This document shows, in pieces, positions 1 to 11,443 of a stretch of DNA of 64,000 bases (position 1 is the first letter of the stretch; every line of letters begins with the position of its first letter). The stretch is taken from positions 151,251 to 215,250 of IMG/VR virus record IMGVR_UViG_3300031963_000006; one strand, given 5' to 3'. Below the pieces are notes generated by a model. That model searched no databases, was not told where the DNA came from, and worked only from the letters and a program-made list of their open reading frames with translations. A program made the position numbers and the translations under genes.

Positions 1-760
1 TGTTGGAGTTTTAGTTGATGTTCTTGTTGGTGTTGGGCTATCAGTTGGTTGTGGTGTTGGGGTTGGAGTACTTGTTGATGTTGGAGTTTCAGTTTTAGTT
101 GGAGTTGGAGTTTTAGTATTAGTTGGAGTTTTTGTTGAAGTTTTTGTAGGGGTTACTGTTGGCGTCGAAGTTTTAGTTGGAGTTTTAGTTTGAGTTGGAC
201 TTATTGTGTTTGTTGGGGTATTAGTTTGAGTCGGAGTCTGAGTTTTAGTTGGAGTTTTAGTTTGAGTTCTGGTTTGAGTTTGTGTTTTAGTTTGTGTTGG
301 GGTTTGAGTTACGTCAGGAGTCGGAGTTTGTGTTTGAGTCGATGTTTTAGTTGGAGTTTTGGTGGGTGTTTGTGTTCTAGTTTCAGTTCGTGTTTGTGTT
401 TGTGTTATTGTATTTGTGGGAGTATTTGTTGGGGTTTGAGTTGTTGTTGGGGTTTGAGTATTAGTTCTTGTTGGAGTTCTTGTTGGAGTTTTTGTAACAC
501 AAAATGTTTGAGTTGGAGTTGGTGTTGGTAAATCGTTATTGGTAGGTGTTTGAGTTTTAGTTGTGGTAACAGTTGGAGTTACGGTATTTTGAGGAGTTTT
601 TGTTTGAGTTCTAGTCTTTGTAGGTGTTTGAGTCCTTGTTGTTGTATTTGTAGGAGTTTTCGTTGGAGTTGGAGTTTTTGTAGGAGTTTTTGTTTGAGTC
701 TGAGTTTTTGTTGGAGTTTTTGTTTGAGTTTGAGTTATGGTCGGAGTTTGTGTTACGGCT
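1..760 (-). repeat. Low-complexity coding repeat (ACT-CCA-ACA-type codons; Thr-Pro/Gln/Lys)
   Basis: Repeated gttggagtt / gtttgagtt units on the + strand. Confidence 0.9.
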
Positions 761-1248
761 CCTGGAGCTCCTCCTGGACAACAATAAGATGTTGTTGAAC
801 ATTCTGCATTAGGCAATAAAAATTCCGTAAAATTTGTAGGGTAATCCTCGGTACTAAAAGAAATATCCTGAACTAAACCACAAAAAGTGTATTCAACTAA
901 ATTAATAGGGTCCAAACAATTTGATAAACATATTGTAATACGCCATAAATCAAAAGGTTGTGTGTTGGTACCTAAGGTGACATATCTATTAATACCAGCA
1001 CAACAATCGTATACCTCGAAAACGTCTTGAGGGATAAATGATTTAAAATTTTGACAATCGGAAGCAACTAATTTTACCCCTACTTCAGGAGAATTTTCAT
1101 AAGGGTAGGGTACTGTGATATCTATTGGTTTTGATGTGTAAGTAATAACTCTTGAAACAAATACACAATTTTCACCATTTGGTTCACAAACATAAATGTC
1201 ATAAGGTGCCGTTAAACCTGATATGTCTGTTATTTTAACTGTTGCCAT
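1..1248 (-). CDS. Thr/Pro-repeat, Cys-rich protein, 3' end outside the window; probable virion or surface protein
   Basis: Not in the ORF track. ATG at 1248 overlaps the stop of the upstream gene. Reads [28 protein letters not shown]..., then a long TPT/TQT/TKT tract open to base 1. Confidence 0.85.
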   Translation of the reverse strand, partial: MATVKITDISGLTAPYDIYVCEPNGENCVFVSRVITYTSKPIDITVPYPYENSPEVGVKLVASDCQNFKSFIPQDVFEVYDCCAGINRYVTLGTNTQPFDLWRITICLSNCLDPINLVEYTFCGLVQDISFSTEDYPTNFTEFLLPNAECSTTSYCCPGGAPGAVTQTPTITQTQTKTPTKTQTQTKTPTKTPTPTKTPTNTTTRTQTPTKTRTQTKTPQNTVTPTVTTTKTQTPTNNDLPTPTPTQTFCVTKTPTRTPTRTNTQTPTTTQTPTNTPTNTITQTQTRTETRTQTPTKTPTKTSTQTQTPTPDVTQTPTQTKTQTQTRTQTKTPTKTQTPTQTNTPTNTISPTQTKTPTKTSTPTVTPTKTSTKTPTNTKTPTPTKTETPTSTSTPTPTPQPTDSPTPTRTSTKTPT

Positions 1249-3797
1249 TAGTTACATAAAATTGTTGAATTACAAATATTATTTATAGTACCTTGACTGA
1301 ATGATGACTGACAAGCCTCAATTACTACCGCACCTGTGACAGGGGTATTAGATTGTCGACAGAAGCAAGCGGCTCCAGCAATCCCTGCTCCACCTGGTAC
1401 GGTAATTTGTGCGGGATTTCCATCACAATCAGTATAAAACGCAGTTCCTTGAAAACCTGATATAGTCCTAACTGCAGTACATTGACATGTTATGGATGAT
1501 GGGTTTGGGCCTCCATCTGGAGTATTGCCATTATTACCACCTGACCCGCCAGAACCACCGGTTCCATTAGGGTTTGATGGTGAAGTACCATTTTCAGGAT
1601 TACACGGCCAAAGATTGACAATGACACAATTTGAAAGCTCGACTATAGTGTATATATTAAGGATAAATGACCTAATATAATAAAAACCATCTCCATAACA
1701 ATTACAATTTGCTTGGTTAAGATACGCGTAACTTCCGACCTCTAATGATTCTAAATAAATCGGTTGACTAGAAACACCCCAACTATCAATAACATTATTA
1801 CTTAAATCCTCAACTAAAGAATATATAATATCACAAATTTCAGTTTCAGATTGAGGCCAATTAATATTGGGTCCATTATTAAATTTATATGCGAATGAGA
1901 AAGGATAACTTGTTAAGTTTGATGGAGGGTTACATTCGGTTTCTGAAATACATTGAGCACAATTTGTGTATATTGTTGAAGAAACTTCAGTAAAGTAATT
2001 TCCTTGGTAAACTATGATGTCGTCTGTAGTATTTTGTGGTATTGTTGTTGAAGAACCGTTGTATTGCCAACAAGTATTAGTAGTTAAGTTAAATATTGTT
2101 TGAGTACCTATAGTTGTTAACGAAGGTTCGGTTTGATAAACTATTGTTTGAGGTCCATTAGTATCATTACAAAGTCTGTATTTGTAATACGTTGTTGGGG
2201 TAAATTCAAATGATACGTTATTACAACTTATACTATTAGAAGCCCCGTAAATATTAATACTTGGTGATGTAATTACCGTTACTGTATACGGAGGAGATGT
2301 TTCAATATTATAAACTATAGCGTTATTGTCTGTAACATATATTAAACCATTTTCTACAAAAATAGAAGTTGGCGTTAATATTGTTGGAGATATTAAAATT
2401 TCAACCTCAGGGTCTCCATCTGGATAAGAATATTGTGATAAGTAAGTATTATCACCTTCTCTTGAAAGTATTAAAATTTTGTTATTAGTGGTTGCCAATA
2501 AATCCCCCGCAAACAGCCTTCCTGGTGGTAAACTAAATAATTCATTATAATTTAAATTACTTAATGAAGTTTGACCCGCTGAAGGTAAATATATTTCAAA
2601 TACTGTTTGAGGTGATAAACCAACTTGAACATTACATGTTAACAACTTGTTATTATTAATTGCAAAAAGTCCGGCACCAAATGTAACGTTAGATTCTGTG
2701 TCATTTAACTCCCTAACAAATGTTGCAGAGAATGGGTTTAAAACAATATCCCATTCTTTAATTTTATCTGTTGTTGATATGAATAATTTTGTTTGAGTAT
2801 TTCCAATATCATTCCAATTTGATAAATTTGGAATAGTTAGTGATGTTGTGGTATTAGTATCTACAACATATGTATACACCCCTCCTTCTCCGATTATAAA
2901 TGTAGGACATAAATTCAATATTGACGGAGATGAAGGTGTCATTGTCATTGTAGGTGTTGGAGTTGGGGTAAGTTGAACTGCGCACAATGAACATTGACCT
3001 AAATTAGAATAACCAATTGGCCCACTCGATAATGTAATGTTATTAGTACCAATATAAGTTGAATTATTACCTATGTATGTTATACATCTTTCGTTCCCAT
3101 CCACAACTCCTAAGAAAATCATAAATTGGGATAAATCACCACCTGAAGGGTTATTTACCACATTTGTGGTATAATACATAAATCCGTTATTACAATCTTG
3201 GAATTGTTTACTAACAGGACAATTTATAACAGAATCTATGGTGACAAAAGTAACGTCACCTGAAAAATTACACTGAATTTGATTACTCCTATTTCTATAA
3301 ATCATTATTGTTGGAGTCATTGTTGGTGTCGGAGTCATAGTAGGGGTTATTCCTGTTATATAAGCATCGACATAAATATTGGGACAGAAATTTGATGACG
3401 TAGGGGTGTTTGTCATTGTTGGAGTGTAAGAAGGGGTATAAGACGGTGTTGGAGTTGGTGGAATATCAATTAGTGTTGCCTCAAAATTGAAGACATCACA
3501 ATTAACAGTTGGTGTAGGAGTAGGGGTCAAACAAACTGACGAGTTTACATACTCAAAAGTTAAATCAGGGCATACTCCGTTATATGGGTATTTTCCCTGT
3601 AAAAAACAAGGACTACCACCTAAAGTCGTTGCTAAACACCAAAAACCACCAGAGTCGTAAAATATATAATATCCGTTAGTTGAACCAACATAATAATCTC
3701 TTAAATTGTATACACCTGATTGGGTATATACATCATCATAGGCCGGAAATCCAGTACCACTTACACAATAATCATCATTTGCACAATATACGGCCAT
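1248..3797 (-). CDS. 849-aa Cys-rich modular protein with PT linkers and a possible beta-propeller-like middle
   Basis: Long ORF; TPTPTPT linkers separate Cys-rich modules; Gly/Asn-rich linker near the C-terminus. Confidence 0.85.
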   Translation of the reverse strand: MAVYCANDDYCVSGTGFPAYDDVYTQSGVYNLRDYYVGSTNGYYIFYDSGGFWCLATTLGGSPCFLQGKYPYNGVCPDLTFEYVNSSVCLTPTPTPTVNCDVFNFEATLIDIPPTPTPSYTPSYTPTMTNTPTSSNFCPNIYVDAYITGITPTMTPTPTMTPTIMIYRNRSNQIQCNFSGDVTFVTIDSVINCPVSKQFQDCNNGFMYYTTNVVNNPSGGDLSQFMIFLGVVDGNERCITYIGNNSTYIGTNNITLSSGPIGYSNLGQCSLCAVQLTPTPTPTMTMTPSSPSILNLCPTFIIGEGGVYTYVVDTNTTTSLTIPNLSNWNDIGNTQTKLFISTTDKIKEWDIVLNPFSATFVRELNDTESNVTFGAGLFAINNNKLLTCNVQVGLSPQTVFEIYLPSAGQTSLSNLNYNELFSLPPGRLFAGDLLATTNNKILILSREGDNTYLSQYSYPDGDPEVEILISPTILTPTSIFVENGLIYVTDNNAIVYNIETSPPYTVTVITSPSINIYGASNSISCNNVSFEFTPTTYYKYRLCNDTNGPQTIVYQTEPSLTTIGTQTIFNLTTNTCWQYNGSSTTIPQNTTDDIIVYQGNYFTEVSSTIYTNCAQCISETECNPPSNLTSYPFSFAYKFNNGPNINWPQSETEICDIIYSLVEDLSNNVIDSWGVSSQPIYLESLEVGSYAYLNQANCNCYGDGFYYIRSFILNIYTIVELSNCVIVNLWPCNPENGTSPSNPNGTGGSGGSGGNNGNTPDGGPNPSSITCQCTAVRTISGFQGTAFYTDCDGNPAQITVPGGAGIAGAACFCRQSNTPVTGAVVIEACQSSFSQGTINNICNSTILCN

Positions 3798-3798
3798 A

Positions 3799-4014
3799 TT
3801 ATAACGTTAAATTTGTTGTAACTTCACAACCTATTGAGTCTACAATTTTTAGAGTAAATTCAGAAAAGTTTAACATTATTGTGGGAATCTCAAATGTATA
3901 TGGTGCCGAGTCAGTTCTGTCTATATAAATGCATTGTGTTTGAGGGTTGTCACATATATAAATGTCATATGGTGTTGTTCCTGAAAGGTCGTTAATTGTA
4001 ACTACAGTTGGCAT
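3799..4014 (-). CDS. Small protein homologous to the N-terminus of the 1..1248 gene
   Basis: TINDLSGTTPYDIYICD vs [18 protein letters not shown]; TATTTAT upstream. Confidence 0.8.
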   Translation of the reverse strand: MPTVVTINDLSGTTPYDIYICDNPQTQCIYIDRTDSAPYTFEIPTIMLNFSEFTLKIVDSIGCEVTTNLTL

Positions 4015-4063
4015 TAGTAAATTTTATTTCAATAAATATAATACTGACCCAAAACTTGTGAAG

Positions 4064-4092
4064 TTGACATGAACTAATTTGTACCTTATTTT
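4064..4092 (+). promoter_or_regulatory. TTGACA-N17-TATTTT promoter, 6 nt before the primase ATG
   Basis: Read directly from the sequence. Confidence 0.6.
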
Positions 4093-4098
4093 TACCTG

Positions 4099-5001
4099 AT
4101 GTCCGATGAAAAAGAAATATTGGTTGAGTTACTACGTGAAATTCTTGGTGATGAAAAGATGCACTACGAACACAGAGGACAAATCTCATTCAACTGTCCC
4201 CTCTGCGACGAGGACCGAAACAAGGGTAATTTAGAGGTCAACTACCTACAACACGTATACAAATGTTGGAGTTGTTCGGAAACAAACGGTATGCACGGAC
4301 CTCTTGGTAAACTAATTGATAACTACGGAAACAAAAAACATAAAAAGGTTTATAAACTTTTTCAACCTGAGGACATAAAACCAAAGGAAAAACCAAAACA
4401 AAAGTTAAGGCTACCTGAAAGTTTTGTTTTATTCAAAGATTCAAACCCAATCTATCCGGTATATAAACAAGCATACAACTACCTGAAAAACAGAGGGATA
4501 ACCGATGAGATTATCGAAAGGTATTCAATAGGATTTTGTGACAACGGAAGTCACGCTGGTAGAATTATTGTACCATCATATAATATTGAGGGGGAATTGA
4601 ATTATTATATTGCAAGGAGTTGGGACCCCAAGTCACGAGCCAAATATAAAAACCCTCAAGCCGAAAAGGATAAGATAATCTTTAACCAACACTTAATTGA
4701 CTGGAAAAAGGATGTGTATCTTGTTGAGGGGGTATTTGACGGATTCTTTTTATCAAATAGTATTCCGATGCTTGGTAAACATATGTCAGAGTTGTTGTTT
4801 AATACCCTATACGATAAGGTTAAAAAGAATATCATTATTGCCCTCGATGGTGATGCTTGGGACAACGCTGTTAAATTATATCGTGAGTTAAATGGGGGTA
4901 AATTATACGGAAAAATAAAAATTATTCATCTACCCAAAGATAAGGACGTATGTGATTTGAGGGGTCAGATAGATGAATACTATGTACAAATAAAGGATTA
5001 A
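4099..5001 (+). CDS. DNA primase (zinc finger + Toprim)
   Basis: CPLC...YKCWSC zinc finger; GRIIVP; VEGVFD and LDGD Toprim motifs. Confidence 0.85.
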   Translation: MSDEKEILVELLREILGDEKMHYEHRGQISFNCPLCDEDRNKGNLEVNYLQHVYKCWSCSETNGMHGPLGKLIDNYGNKKHKKVYKLFQPEDIKPKEKPKQKLRLPESFVLFKDSNPIYPVYKQAYNYLKNRGITDEIIERYSIGFCDNGSHAGRIIVPSYNIEGELNYYIARSWDPKSRAKYKNPQAEKDKIIFNQHLIDWKKDVYLVEGVFDGFFLSNSIPMLGKHMSELLFNTLYDKVKKNIIIALDGDAWDNAVKLYRELNGGKLYGKIKIIHLPKDKDVCDLRGQIDEYYVQIKD

Positions 5002-5002
5002 T

Positions 5003-5857
5003 ATGGATTTAAACAAAATTAGAGACGAAATTAACGGTATAATAAAAAAAAGACAGGAAGAAATTCAATTAACATTTGAGGAGGAGACCCACACTTACAC
5101 TATGATGAATAATCAAGGGGTTCTTGTATCGAATTGGATATCAGTAAGTAAAGTCCTGAAAAAATTTTATGAAGAATTTCCGGCTGAAGAAATATCATTA
5201 AAAAAAGCGAAAGGAGATGTTGTAGAACAACAAAGATTACTTGCGGAGTGGAAAGCCGCGGGTGATTACTCGACAAATATGGGAAGTAGGGTTCACTATT
5301 TTTTGGAAAAAAAATCGCATGAAATTTTTAACATTGTTAAGGAAGTGAGAAAACCTGAATTTGATTGTGACTTTACTCAAATTTTAAAGGGTGATAGTAT
5401 GATAAACGCTGGAACAAACTTTCTTAAACTGATGAAAGATAGAGGGGCTATTTTACTTGACACTGAAATTGTTTTAGGTGACCCTGATTTATCATATGTT
5501 GGCCAACCCGATAAAGTTTGGGTTATTGAGAGTAAAGACAAAAAAAGTGTTGGGTTAATAGTGACCGACTACAAAACCAATAAACCGAAGAACTTTGAGG
5601 AGAATCAATTTACTAAAAGAATGAAACCTCCATTTCAAAAACACCCTGACAATGCGTTAGGTCACTACTTTTTACAACTACCATTTTATGGGAAATTACT
5701 TAAGGAAATGTTAAAAGGGTCAAAATATGAGGATATTAATTTTTTTGGTTGTATCATTGTGCTACTGAAAGAAAATTCCGATTTCGAGGAGTTTAGAGTA
5801 CCAAAAGATGTTATTGATACGGTATTTTCTATGAATATGAAACAATATTTATCTTAA
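5003..5857 (+). CDS. PD-(D/E)XK exonuclease (RecB/Cas4-like)
   Basis: GSRVH, E..., GQPD...DYKT, Y.LQL..Y motifs. Confidence 0.75.
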   Translation: MDLNKIRDEINGIIKKRQEEIQLTFEEETHTYTMMNNQGVLVSNWISVSKVLKKFYEEFPAEEISLKKAKGDVVEQQRLLAEWKAAGDYSTNMGSRVHYFLEKKSHEIFNIVKEVRKPEFDCDFTQILKGDSMINAGTNFLKLMKDRGAILLDTEIVLGDPDLSYVGQPDKVWVIESKDKKSVGLIVTDYKTNKPKNFEENQFTKRMKPPFQKHPDNALGHYFLQLPFYGKLLKEMLKGSKYEDINFFGCIIVLLKENSDFEEFRVPKDVIDTVFSMNMKQYLS

Positions 5858-5875
5858 CACTAAAAAATAAATGCT

Positions 5876-6412
5876 ATGAAAAACTTATTAATTTTATTTT
5901 CACTCATTACAACAATTTTTATTTATGCTCAAGTAACACATAAAAATCCTGATTGCCAACCTAAAACAAATGCGGAAAAAATGTATGAATCAATTTTAAT
6001 TCATGCGGATTCGTTTAACATACCGCTTCATATTGCTTTTAATGTTGCCCGAATGGAAACAGGGTATTTAGGCCCAAACCATGAAAATTATAATCACAAA
6101 CAAGTATCAAAAGCGGGTGCGGTTGGACCAATGCAAATTATGCCACAGTACGCCTCATTTTTTGCGGGATTTCCCGTAAATAAAAAAGAGCTAAAAGAGA
6201 ATATCGATTTAAATGTTTATATATCGATGAAATTGTTAGCCCAACATTTTAAAAAGTATGGTGATTGGAAAAAAGTATTAGGTGCTTATAACACAGGTAG
6301 ACCAATTATTAATAAGTATGCTCAACAAGGTGTCAAAAAGGATTATTTGAAATATTGGATACCGAATCCTATTGAAAGAGATACCATTGAGTTTTTAACA
6401 ATCAAAGGATAG
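5876..6412 (+). CDS. Lytic transglycosylase (SLT) with signal peptide
   Basis: Catalytic ETG, GAVGPMQIMP, AYNTG. Confidence 0.85.
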   Translation: MKNLLILFSLITTIFIYAQVTHKNPDCQPKTNAEKMYESILIHADSFNIPLHIAFNVARMETGYLGPNHENYNHKQVSKAGAVGPMQIMPQYASFFAGFPVNKKELKENIDLNVYISMKLLAQHFKKYGDWKKVLGAYNTGRPIINKYAQQGVKKDYLKYWIPNPIERDTIEFLTIKG

Positions 6413-6458
6413 GTACTTGATTGTTTGGTTTTTGTTTAGTATGTTTTCATAAAAAAAT

Positions 6459-6683
6459 ATGGAAGACTTATTACCAAAAATTGATTTAAAAGAACAACCT
6501 AGTGAGGTTTGTGAAAGCTGTGGAAGTGAATATTTTAAGGAAGTCGTTTTAATTAAAAGGGTGTCTAAACTCTACACAGGTAGTTCTGAAGACACCCTTG
6601 TTCCTTTTCCTACATACATGTGTGAAAAGTGTGGACACGTTAACAAAGATTTTGCTTTATTTGATAAAGGAACTCAACTATGA
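6459..6683 (+). CDS. Small zinc-ribbon protein
   Basis: CESC and CEKC pairs. Confidence 0.75.
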   Translation: MEDLLPKIDLKEQPSEVCESCGSEYFKEVVLIKRVSKLYTGSSEDTLVPFPTYMCEKCGHVNKDFALFDKGTQL

Positions 6684-7459
6684 TAAAAAAACTAGTACAC
6701 TTTAGTGACCTACATGTTAGGTTGTTTAAGGACCATAACCTATACCGAAGTATATTGGAAGAAGCTTTTAGTCAATGGAGAAAAATTAATCCTGACCGAA
6801 TAGTTTTTACAGGTGATTTAGTTCATAGTAAAAACCAAATGACTCCTGAACTTGTTGAGTTCATAGCGTGGACATTAAACGAGTGTTCTAAAATTGCAAA
6901 GACTATTTTGATACCCGGAAACCACGACTTCTTGGAAAATAATATGGAAAGACTAGACGCTCTTACTCCTGTAGTAGACTCACTTCAAAATGAAATGGTG
7001 GTTTATTATAAAAACAGAGGAGTTTATCAAGATGCAAATATTGACTGGTGTGTTTATTCACTTATGGACCACAATATCCCACCCGATATTACAAAAAATA
7101 ATAGAAAGAAAATCGGATTGTTTCATGGACCAGTTCAAGGGTTGACAACTGATGTTGGATACAAGTTTGATAGTGGATTTGAGTCAGATAAGTTTGATGG
7201 GTGTGACCTTGTTTTGTGTGGTGATATTCATAAAAGACAAGTTTTTAACATACCTGGAGGCAAGAAGGCTTATATGATTGGCTCAACAATTCAACAAAAC
7301 TTTGGTGAAACAATTGAAAAACATGGATATGGTATATATGATGTGGAAAATGACAAATATGAGTTTGTTAATTTGGTAAACCCAAAACCTTTCCTATCAT
7401 TCAAATTAAATTCTTATGACCAAATAATTGATGGAACAGAAAAACTCCTTAACTATTGA
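6680..7459 (+). CDS. SbcD/Mre11-like metallophosphoesterase nuclease
   Basis: SDLH, GDLVH, GNHD, HG, GDIH motifs; near an SbcC-like gene. Confidence 0.85.
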   Translation: MIKKLVHFSDLHVRLFKDHNLYRSILEEAFSQWRKINPDRIVFTGDLVHSKNQMTPELVEFIAWTLNECSKIAKTILIPGNHDFLENNMERLDALTPVVDSLQNEMVVYYKNRGVYQDANIDWCVYSLMDHNIPPDITKNNRKKIGLFHGPVQGLTTDVGYKFDSGFESDKFDGCDLVLCGDIHKRQVFNIPGGKKAYMIGSTIQQNFGETIEKHGYGIYDVENDKYEFVNLVNPKPFLSFKLNSYDQIIDGTEKLLNY

Positions 7460-7925
7460 TTTAAGTATTCAAGACTATAAAGACTTAATGACTTTTTGTA
7501 ACCTTAATGAAATTAAGTTAGTTGACGATTTTGTAAGACTTTGTTTTAGAAAAGGGTATTACATAGAGAAATATGGTTTATTAAACCAAGGTCAATTACC
7601 TGAAGTTATTGACCGTGAATTAGAGAAAGAAGTTATTAAAGAAGTTATAGTTGAGAAAGAAATTTTCATCGAAAAACCTGTAGTTGATAATACAAAGATT
7701 GAAGAGTTACAAAACGAGATTTATATTTTAAAAGGTAAACTTGAAAATCAAAAAGAAGTTGAATGTGGTAAATTACAGGAAACTCTGATGAACTTAAACA
7801 GACAACTAGGTGAAAAGAATGAGGTTATAAAAGAATTAAGAAATAAGGTTGATGACCTTGAAAATCTCACAAAAACTTCTTATGCTTTCTACATGAAAAG
7901 TTCAAATTTAAAAGATAGATTATAA
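7431..7925 (+). CDS. Coiled-coil hypothetical protein
   Basis: In-operon ORF; EKEVIKEVIVEK tract. Confidence 0.7.
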   Translation: MEQKNSLTIDLSIQDYKDLMTFCNLNEIKLVDDFVRLCFRKGYYIEKYGLLNQGQLPEVIDRELEKEVIKEVIVEKEIFIEKPVVDNTKIEELQNEIYILKGKLENQKEVECGKLQETLMNLNRQLGEKNEVIKELRNKVDDLENLTKTSYAFYMKSSNLKDRL

Positions 7926-7935
7926 AACAAATAAA

Positions 7936-8280
7936 ATGATGACAACTTTAATTGCGTGGTTCGTGTTGGCCTACGGGTTTTCCAACATTATGGTTTATGG
8001 TAGTATTTTCGAAGGATTTAGAAATACCATAAGTTTATTGGGAATTAGATTCTCACTATTTAAATTCTTTTCTGACCTATTGTCATGTATGATGTGTACG
8101 TCTACATGGGTTGGATTTTTCTTGGGACTTGTCCTTATTTCCCCCTCTCACCATCTTTTCCTAACACCAAAATGGATATCTTGGTTCTTTGATGGACTTA
8201 TGGCTTCAGGAGCGGTATGGGCGATTAACTCCATCGTTGAATGGTTTGAAGAAAATAGACCAAAAACTAATCATTTATAA
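7936..8280 (+). CDS. Membrane protein, DUF1360-like
   Basis: TM segments with CMMCTSTWVG. Confidence 0.6.
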   Translation: MMTTLIAWFVLAYGFSNIMVYGSIFEGFRNTISLLGIRFSLFKFFSDLLSCMMCTSTWVGFFLGLVLISPSHHLFLTPKWISWFFDGLMASGAVWAINSIVEWFEENRPKTNHL

Positions 8281-8290
8281 ATTTAATATT

Positions 8291-8485
8291 ATGCCAAAGT
8301 CAAGACAACGTAAAAATCACAAACAAAAGGTTGAAAATCGTAACAACCTACTCAAGGGTGTTCGTCGTAAGATGGAAAAAGAATATACTGAAATGTTGGA
8401 AAAACAACTTCAGCAATATCAAGAACAAATGTCAGCCATGACAGAAGAGAACAACTCAGAAGTAGTTGACGTTACCCCAATTTAA
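8291..8485 (+). CDS. Small basic/coiled-coil protein
   Basis: Start moved to MPKSRQRK after the upstream stop. Confidence 0.7.
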   Translation: MPKSRQRKNHKQKVENRNNLLKGVRRKMEKEYTEMLEKQLQQYQEQMSAMTEENNSEVVDVTPI

Positions 8486-8488
8486 TAT

Positions 8489-10861
8489 ATGGATTTGTTT
8501 AATCCACCGCCCAATTTTAATTATAAAAATATGACTCACGATTTAGAAGTAGAAAATTTAGAAAACCCTTATATACAAGTCGTTTGGGAGGATTATGCGG
8601 AGAACTTCACTCAGGAAAAGATTAAAAGTGTTAGACAGTATTTCCAAAAAAAATACTTCTCAACTAATGTGAATGTTATAACCAAAACAATCATAACTGA
8701 AGAGACGACACATACTGTTGACATATCTTTTAATATTCTTGATAAGAACTATCAACATGAACTAATAAAGTCATATTTGAAATCCAAATCAAATGAGGAA
8801 TTATTTGAAGAAGTTTATAAATTGGATTCAGTGGTGGATAACAAATTGGTGTTAGACCAGTCAGAAGCGTCCCCATTCAAAAGATGGTACATTAAAAACA
8901 TTGAGTTCTCAAATTTTCTATCTTATGGTGAAAACCAAAAGTTGGATTTTGAAAAGTGTAATGGTATTAGTGTAGTTGAGTCTAATCCGCCAAATTTTGG
9001 TGGTAAGACGGTTCTGACGGTTGATTTACTTTTATTTCTTTTCTTTAATGAAACAACCAAAACAACAAAGGCTGAGGAAATCTTTAATAGATTTACCGAT
9101 AAGAATAAAGTATCGGTTAAAGGTGAAATTGTTATTGATGGAGATGAATACATTATTGTTCGTAACATTGAAAGAAAGAAAGCGAAATCGGGGGAATGGA
9201 ATGTTAAGACTGAATTAGATTTTTTTAAAAAGTTATCCGATGGTAGTTTACAGAACTTCACTGGTGAACAACGTAGAGAGACTGAGTCCTTTATCAAAAC
9301 TTCTATAGGTTCTAAGGATGACTTTTTGATGACAATACTAACAACGGCAACAAACCTTGAGGAATTGATTGACTCTAAACCAACAGCAAGGGGTCAAGTA
9401 TTGTCTCGTTTTATGGGATTAGACTTTCTAAAGAGAAAGGAAGAAGCGGGTAAGGAGATTTATTCTGAGTTTTCTAAGTCAATGATATCAAATGTTTACA
9501 ATAGTGAACAACTTAAGAATGACATCGAGACTTATGAGGAGACTATTAAAACCAATGAGAAACTTATCACAACTGAACAAGGTAACTTGATTGATGTTCA
9601 AGGACGTATTATAAAAGGACAAGAGTATCGTGATGGATTGTTGAAGAACAAACACATGGATATTGATAAGGAGATTGGTTTATTACAACCTGATAAAGTT
9701 AAAGTTGAAATTTCAGGTTTTGAAACTCAAAAATCCCAAGTTGAGAAACAATTATCCGAAGTTAAAGTTGTTGAACCTAGCGAATACTATCATGAAGACA
9801 AACATGATGAGGTCAAGGACGAATACAACACAGCGTTTAAGAAAAAGGTTGAAGTTGAAACCAATATTTCATCAATCGAAAAGTTAAAAAGTTCTGTTAG
9901 TGGTGGTATTAAATGTGAACACTGTGGTATTGAATTAATGAACGCGGCCATAACACAGTCAAGAATCTCAGAACTTGACGGATATCTCACGAATAAAAAG
10001 GAAATTGAGGACTTAATGAATGATTTATCAAACAAAGAGAAGGGATTTGTTAACCTAAAGAAAGAGTTTGATGAGTATGAAAAAAATAAGTTAATCAAAG
10101 AGAAGTTGGAACTTAACATAGAAAGTTTCAATATGAAAATTGAAAAACTTAATGAAAAGCTTACAAAATACGAACAGGCTCAAGAAAAAATACAAGCAAA
10201 CAATAAGATTGACGAATTGTTAATAAAGGCCGACATTAGACTTGGTGAGTTGGAGAGAGAAAAGGACGATATCAACAAAAAGATAACAGGTTATCAATTT
10301 GAAATTGACAGTCTTAATGAAAAAATTGACAAAAACAAAAAGTTAATTGAAAAAATTAAGGAAGAATCGTCAAAGGAACGGGTTTATAAGGTATATTTGG
10401 AAACATTTGGAAAAAATGGTATTTCCAAACTAATTATGAAAACAATGATGCCTTTAATTAATTCAGAATTACAAAGGTTGCTTGAAGATAGTTGTCATTT
10501 TAGATTGGAAATTAGAATCAATGACAAAAACGAGGTTGAGTTTTTGATGATTGATAACAATACTCAAATTGAAAAGTTAATGTCATCGGGTTCGGGATAT
10601 GAAAGAACTATCGCTTCCTTAGCTTTGAGAGCGGTATTGAGTAAAATATGTTCTTTACCAAAACCAAACATCATAGTTTTTGATGAAGTATTCGGAAAGA
10701 TTTCAAATGAAAACTTAGATATGGTTTCAGAGTTCTTTAAGAAAATTAAAGAATATTTTGAAAAAATATTTGTAATAACACACAACCCTTTGGTTACAAA
10801 TTGGTCAGATAATGTTGTTAGAATAGAAAAAGTTGATAACATTAGTTTTGTGAATCAATAA
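8489..10861 (+). CDS. SbcC/Rad50-like ATPase (recombination nuclease subunit)
   Basis: Walker A NFGGKT, coiled coils, CEHC zinc hook, SGSGYE signature, IVFDE Walker B, ITH. Confidence 0.9.
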   Translation: MDLFNPPPNFNYKNMTHDLEVENLENPYIQVVWEDYAENFTQEKIKSVRQYFQKKYFSTNVNVITKTIITEETTHTVDISFNILDKNYQHELIKSYLKSKSNEELFEEVYKLDSVVDNKLVLDQSEASPFKRWYIKNIEFSNFLSYGENQKLDFEKCNGISVVESNPPNFGGKTVLTVDLLLFLFFNETTKTTKAEEIFNRFTDKNKVSVKGEIVIDGDEYIIVRNIERKKAKSGEWNVKTELDFFKKLSDGSLQNFTGEQRRETESFIKTSIGSKDDFLMTILTTATNLEELIDSKPTARGQVLSRFMGLDFLKRKEEAGKEIYSEFSKSMISNVYNSEQLKNDIETYEETIKTNEKLITTEQGNLIDVQGRIIKGQEYRDGLLKNKHMDIDKEIGLLQPDKVKVEISGFETQKSQVEKQLSEVKVVEPSEYYHEDKHDEVKDEYNTAFKKKVEVETNISSIEKLKSSVSGGIKCEHCGIELMNAAITQSRISELDGYLTNKKEIEDLMNDLSNKEKGFVNLKKEFDEYEKNKLIKEKLELNIESFNMKIEKLNEKLTKYEQAQEKIQANNKIDELLIKADIRLGELEREKDDINKKITGYQFEIDSLNEKIDKNKKLIEKIKEESSKERVYKVYLETFGKNGISKLIMKTMMPLINSELQRLLEDSCHFRLEIRINDKNEVEFLMIDNNTQIEKLMSSGSGYERTIASLALRAVLSKICSLPKPNIIVFDEVFGKISNENLDMVSEFFKKIKEYFEKIFVITHNPLVTNWSDNVVRIEKVDNISFVNQ

Positions 10862-10887
10862 TTTTGGTTATTTTTGTAAAAAATTAT

Positions 10888-11442
10888 ATGAAGTACATTA
10901 TTTTTATATTCGGAGAGACAGATAATCAAGACAAATTTGTTAATTTGTTATGTGACAATATTATTTTGAACATCAATGTTGATTATATAAAGTTTTTTTA
11001 TGGAGATACCTCTTGTGTGTTTACATTTAAAAGTGAAACACAGTTCGAAGAGGTATCTAAAAAAGTTACTAAAATATTAGAAAAGATTGATATTTCTTAT
11101 TTCTTGTTACCTTATAGTGATTTTGAAATTAACGCGAGAATTGATGATGCGACTCTTGAACATTTGTTTGGTAAAGAGTTAGACGAAGAAACACCCGATT
11201 CGGATGAGATGGATTTGGTTGAACCACAAACTTTTTTCTCAAGACTTGATGAGGCACTGGCAAATATGAAAGATAATATAGAAGATTATGATGATGAGAT
11301 TGATATTGACATATTACCAAGATTGAAGAAGAAGAAACCAATAAAAACTCTTGATGAAATTTTGGACCAGATTAACGAAAATGGATTAAATTCGCTCACA
11401 GAAGAAGACAAACAACTTTTAGAAAAATACTCAAACATATAA
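10888..11442 (+). CDS. Hypothetical protein with a C-terminal DUF6576-like helical motif
   Basis: TLDEILDQINENGLNSLTEEDKQLL; TATTTTTG upstream. Confidence 0.65.
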   Translation: MKYIIFIFGETDNQDKFVNLLCDNIILNINVDYIKFFYGDTSCVFTFKSETQFEEVSKKVTKILEKIDISYFLLPYSDFEINARIDDATLEHLFGKELDEETPDSDEMDLVEPQTFFSRLDEALANMKDNIEDYDDEIDIDILPRLKKKKPIKTLDEILDQINENGLNSLTEEDKQLLEKYSNI

Positions 11443-11443
11443 T

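Noticed and set aside
190-802. Ser/Trp/Cys-rich track ORFs (190..531, 550..798, 611..802)
   Set aside because: Shadow frames of the Thr/Pro repeat gene on the minus strand
5003-5857. Cas4 implying a CRISPR system
   Set aside because: No Fe-S cysteine cluster and no array; replication-operon context fits a phage exonuclease
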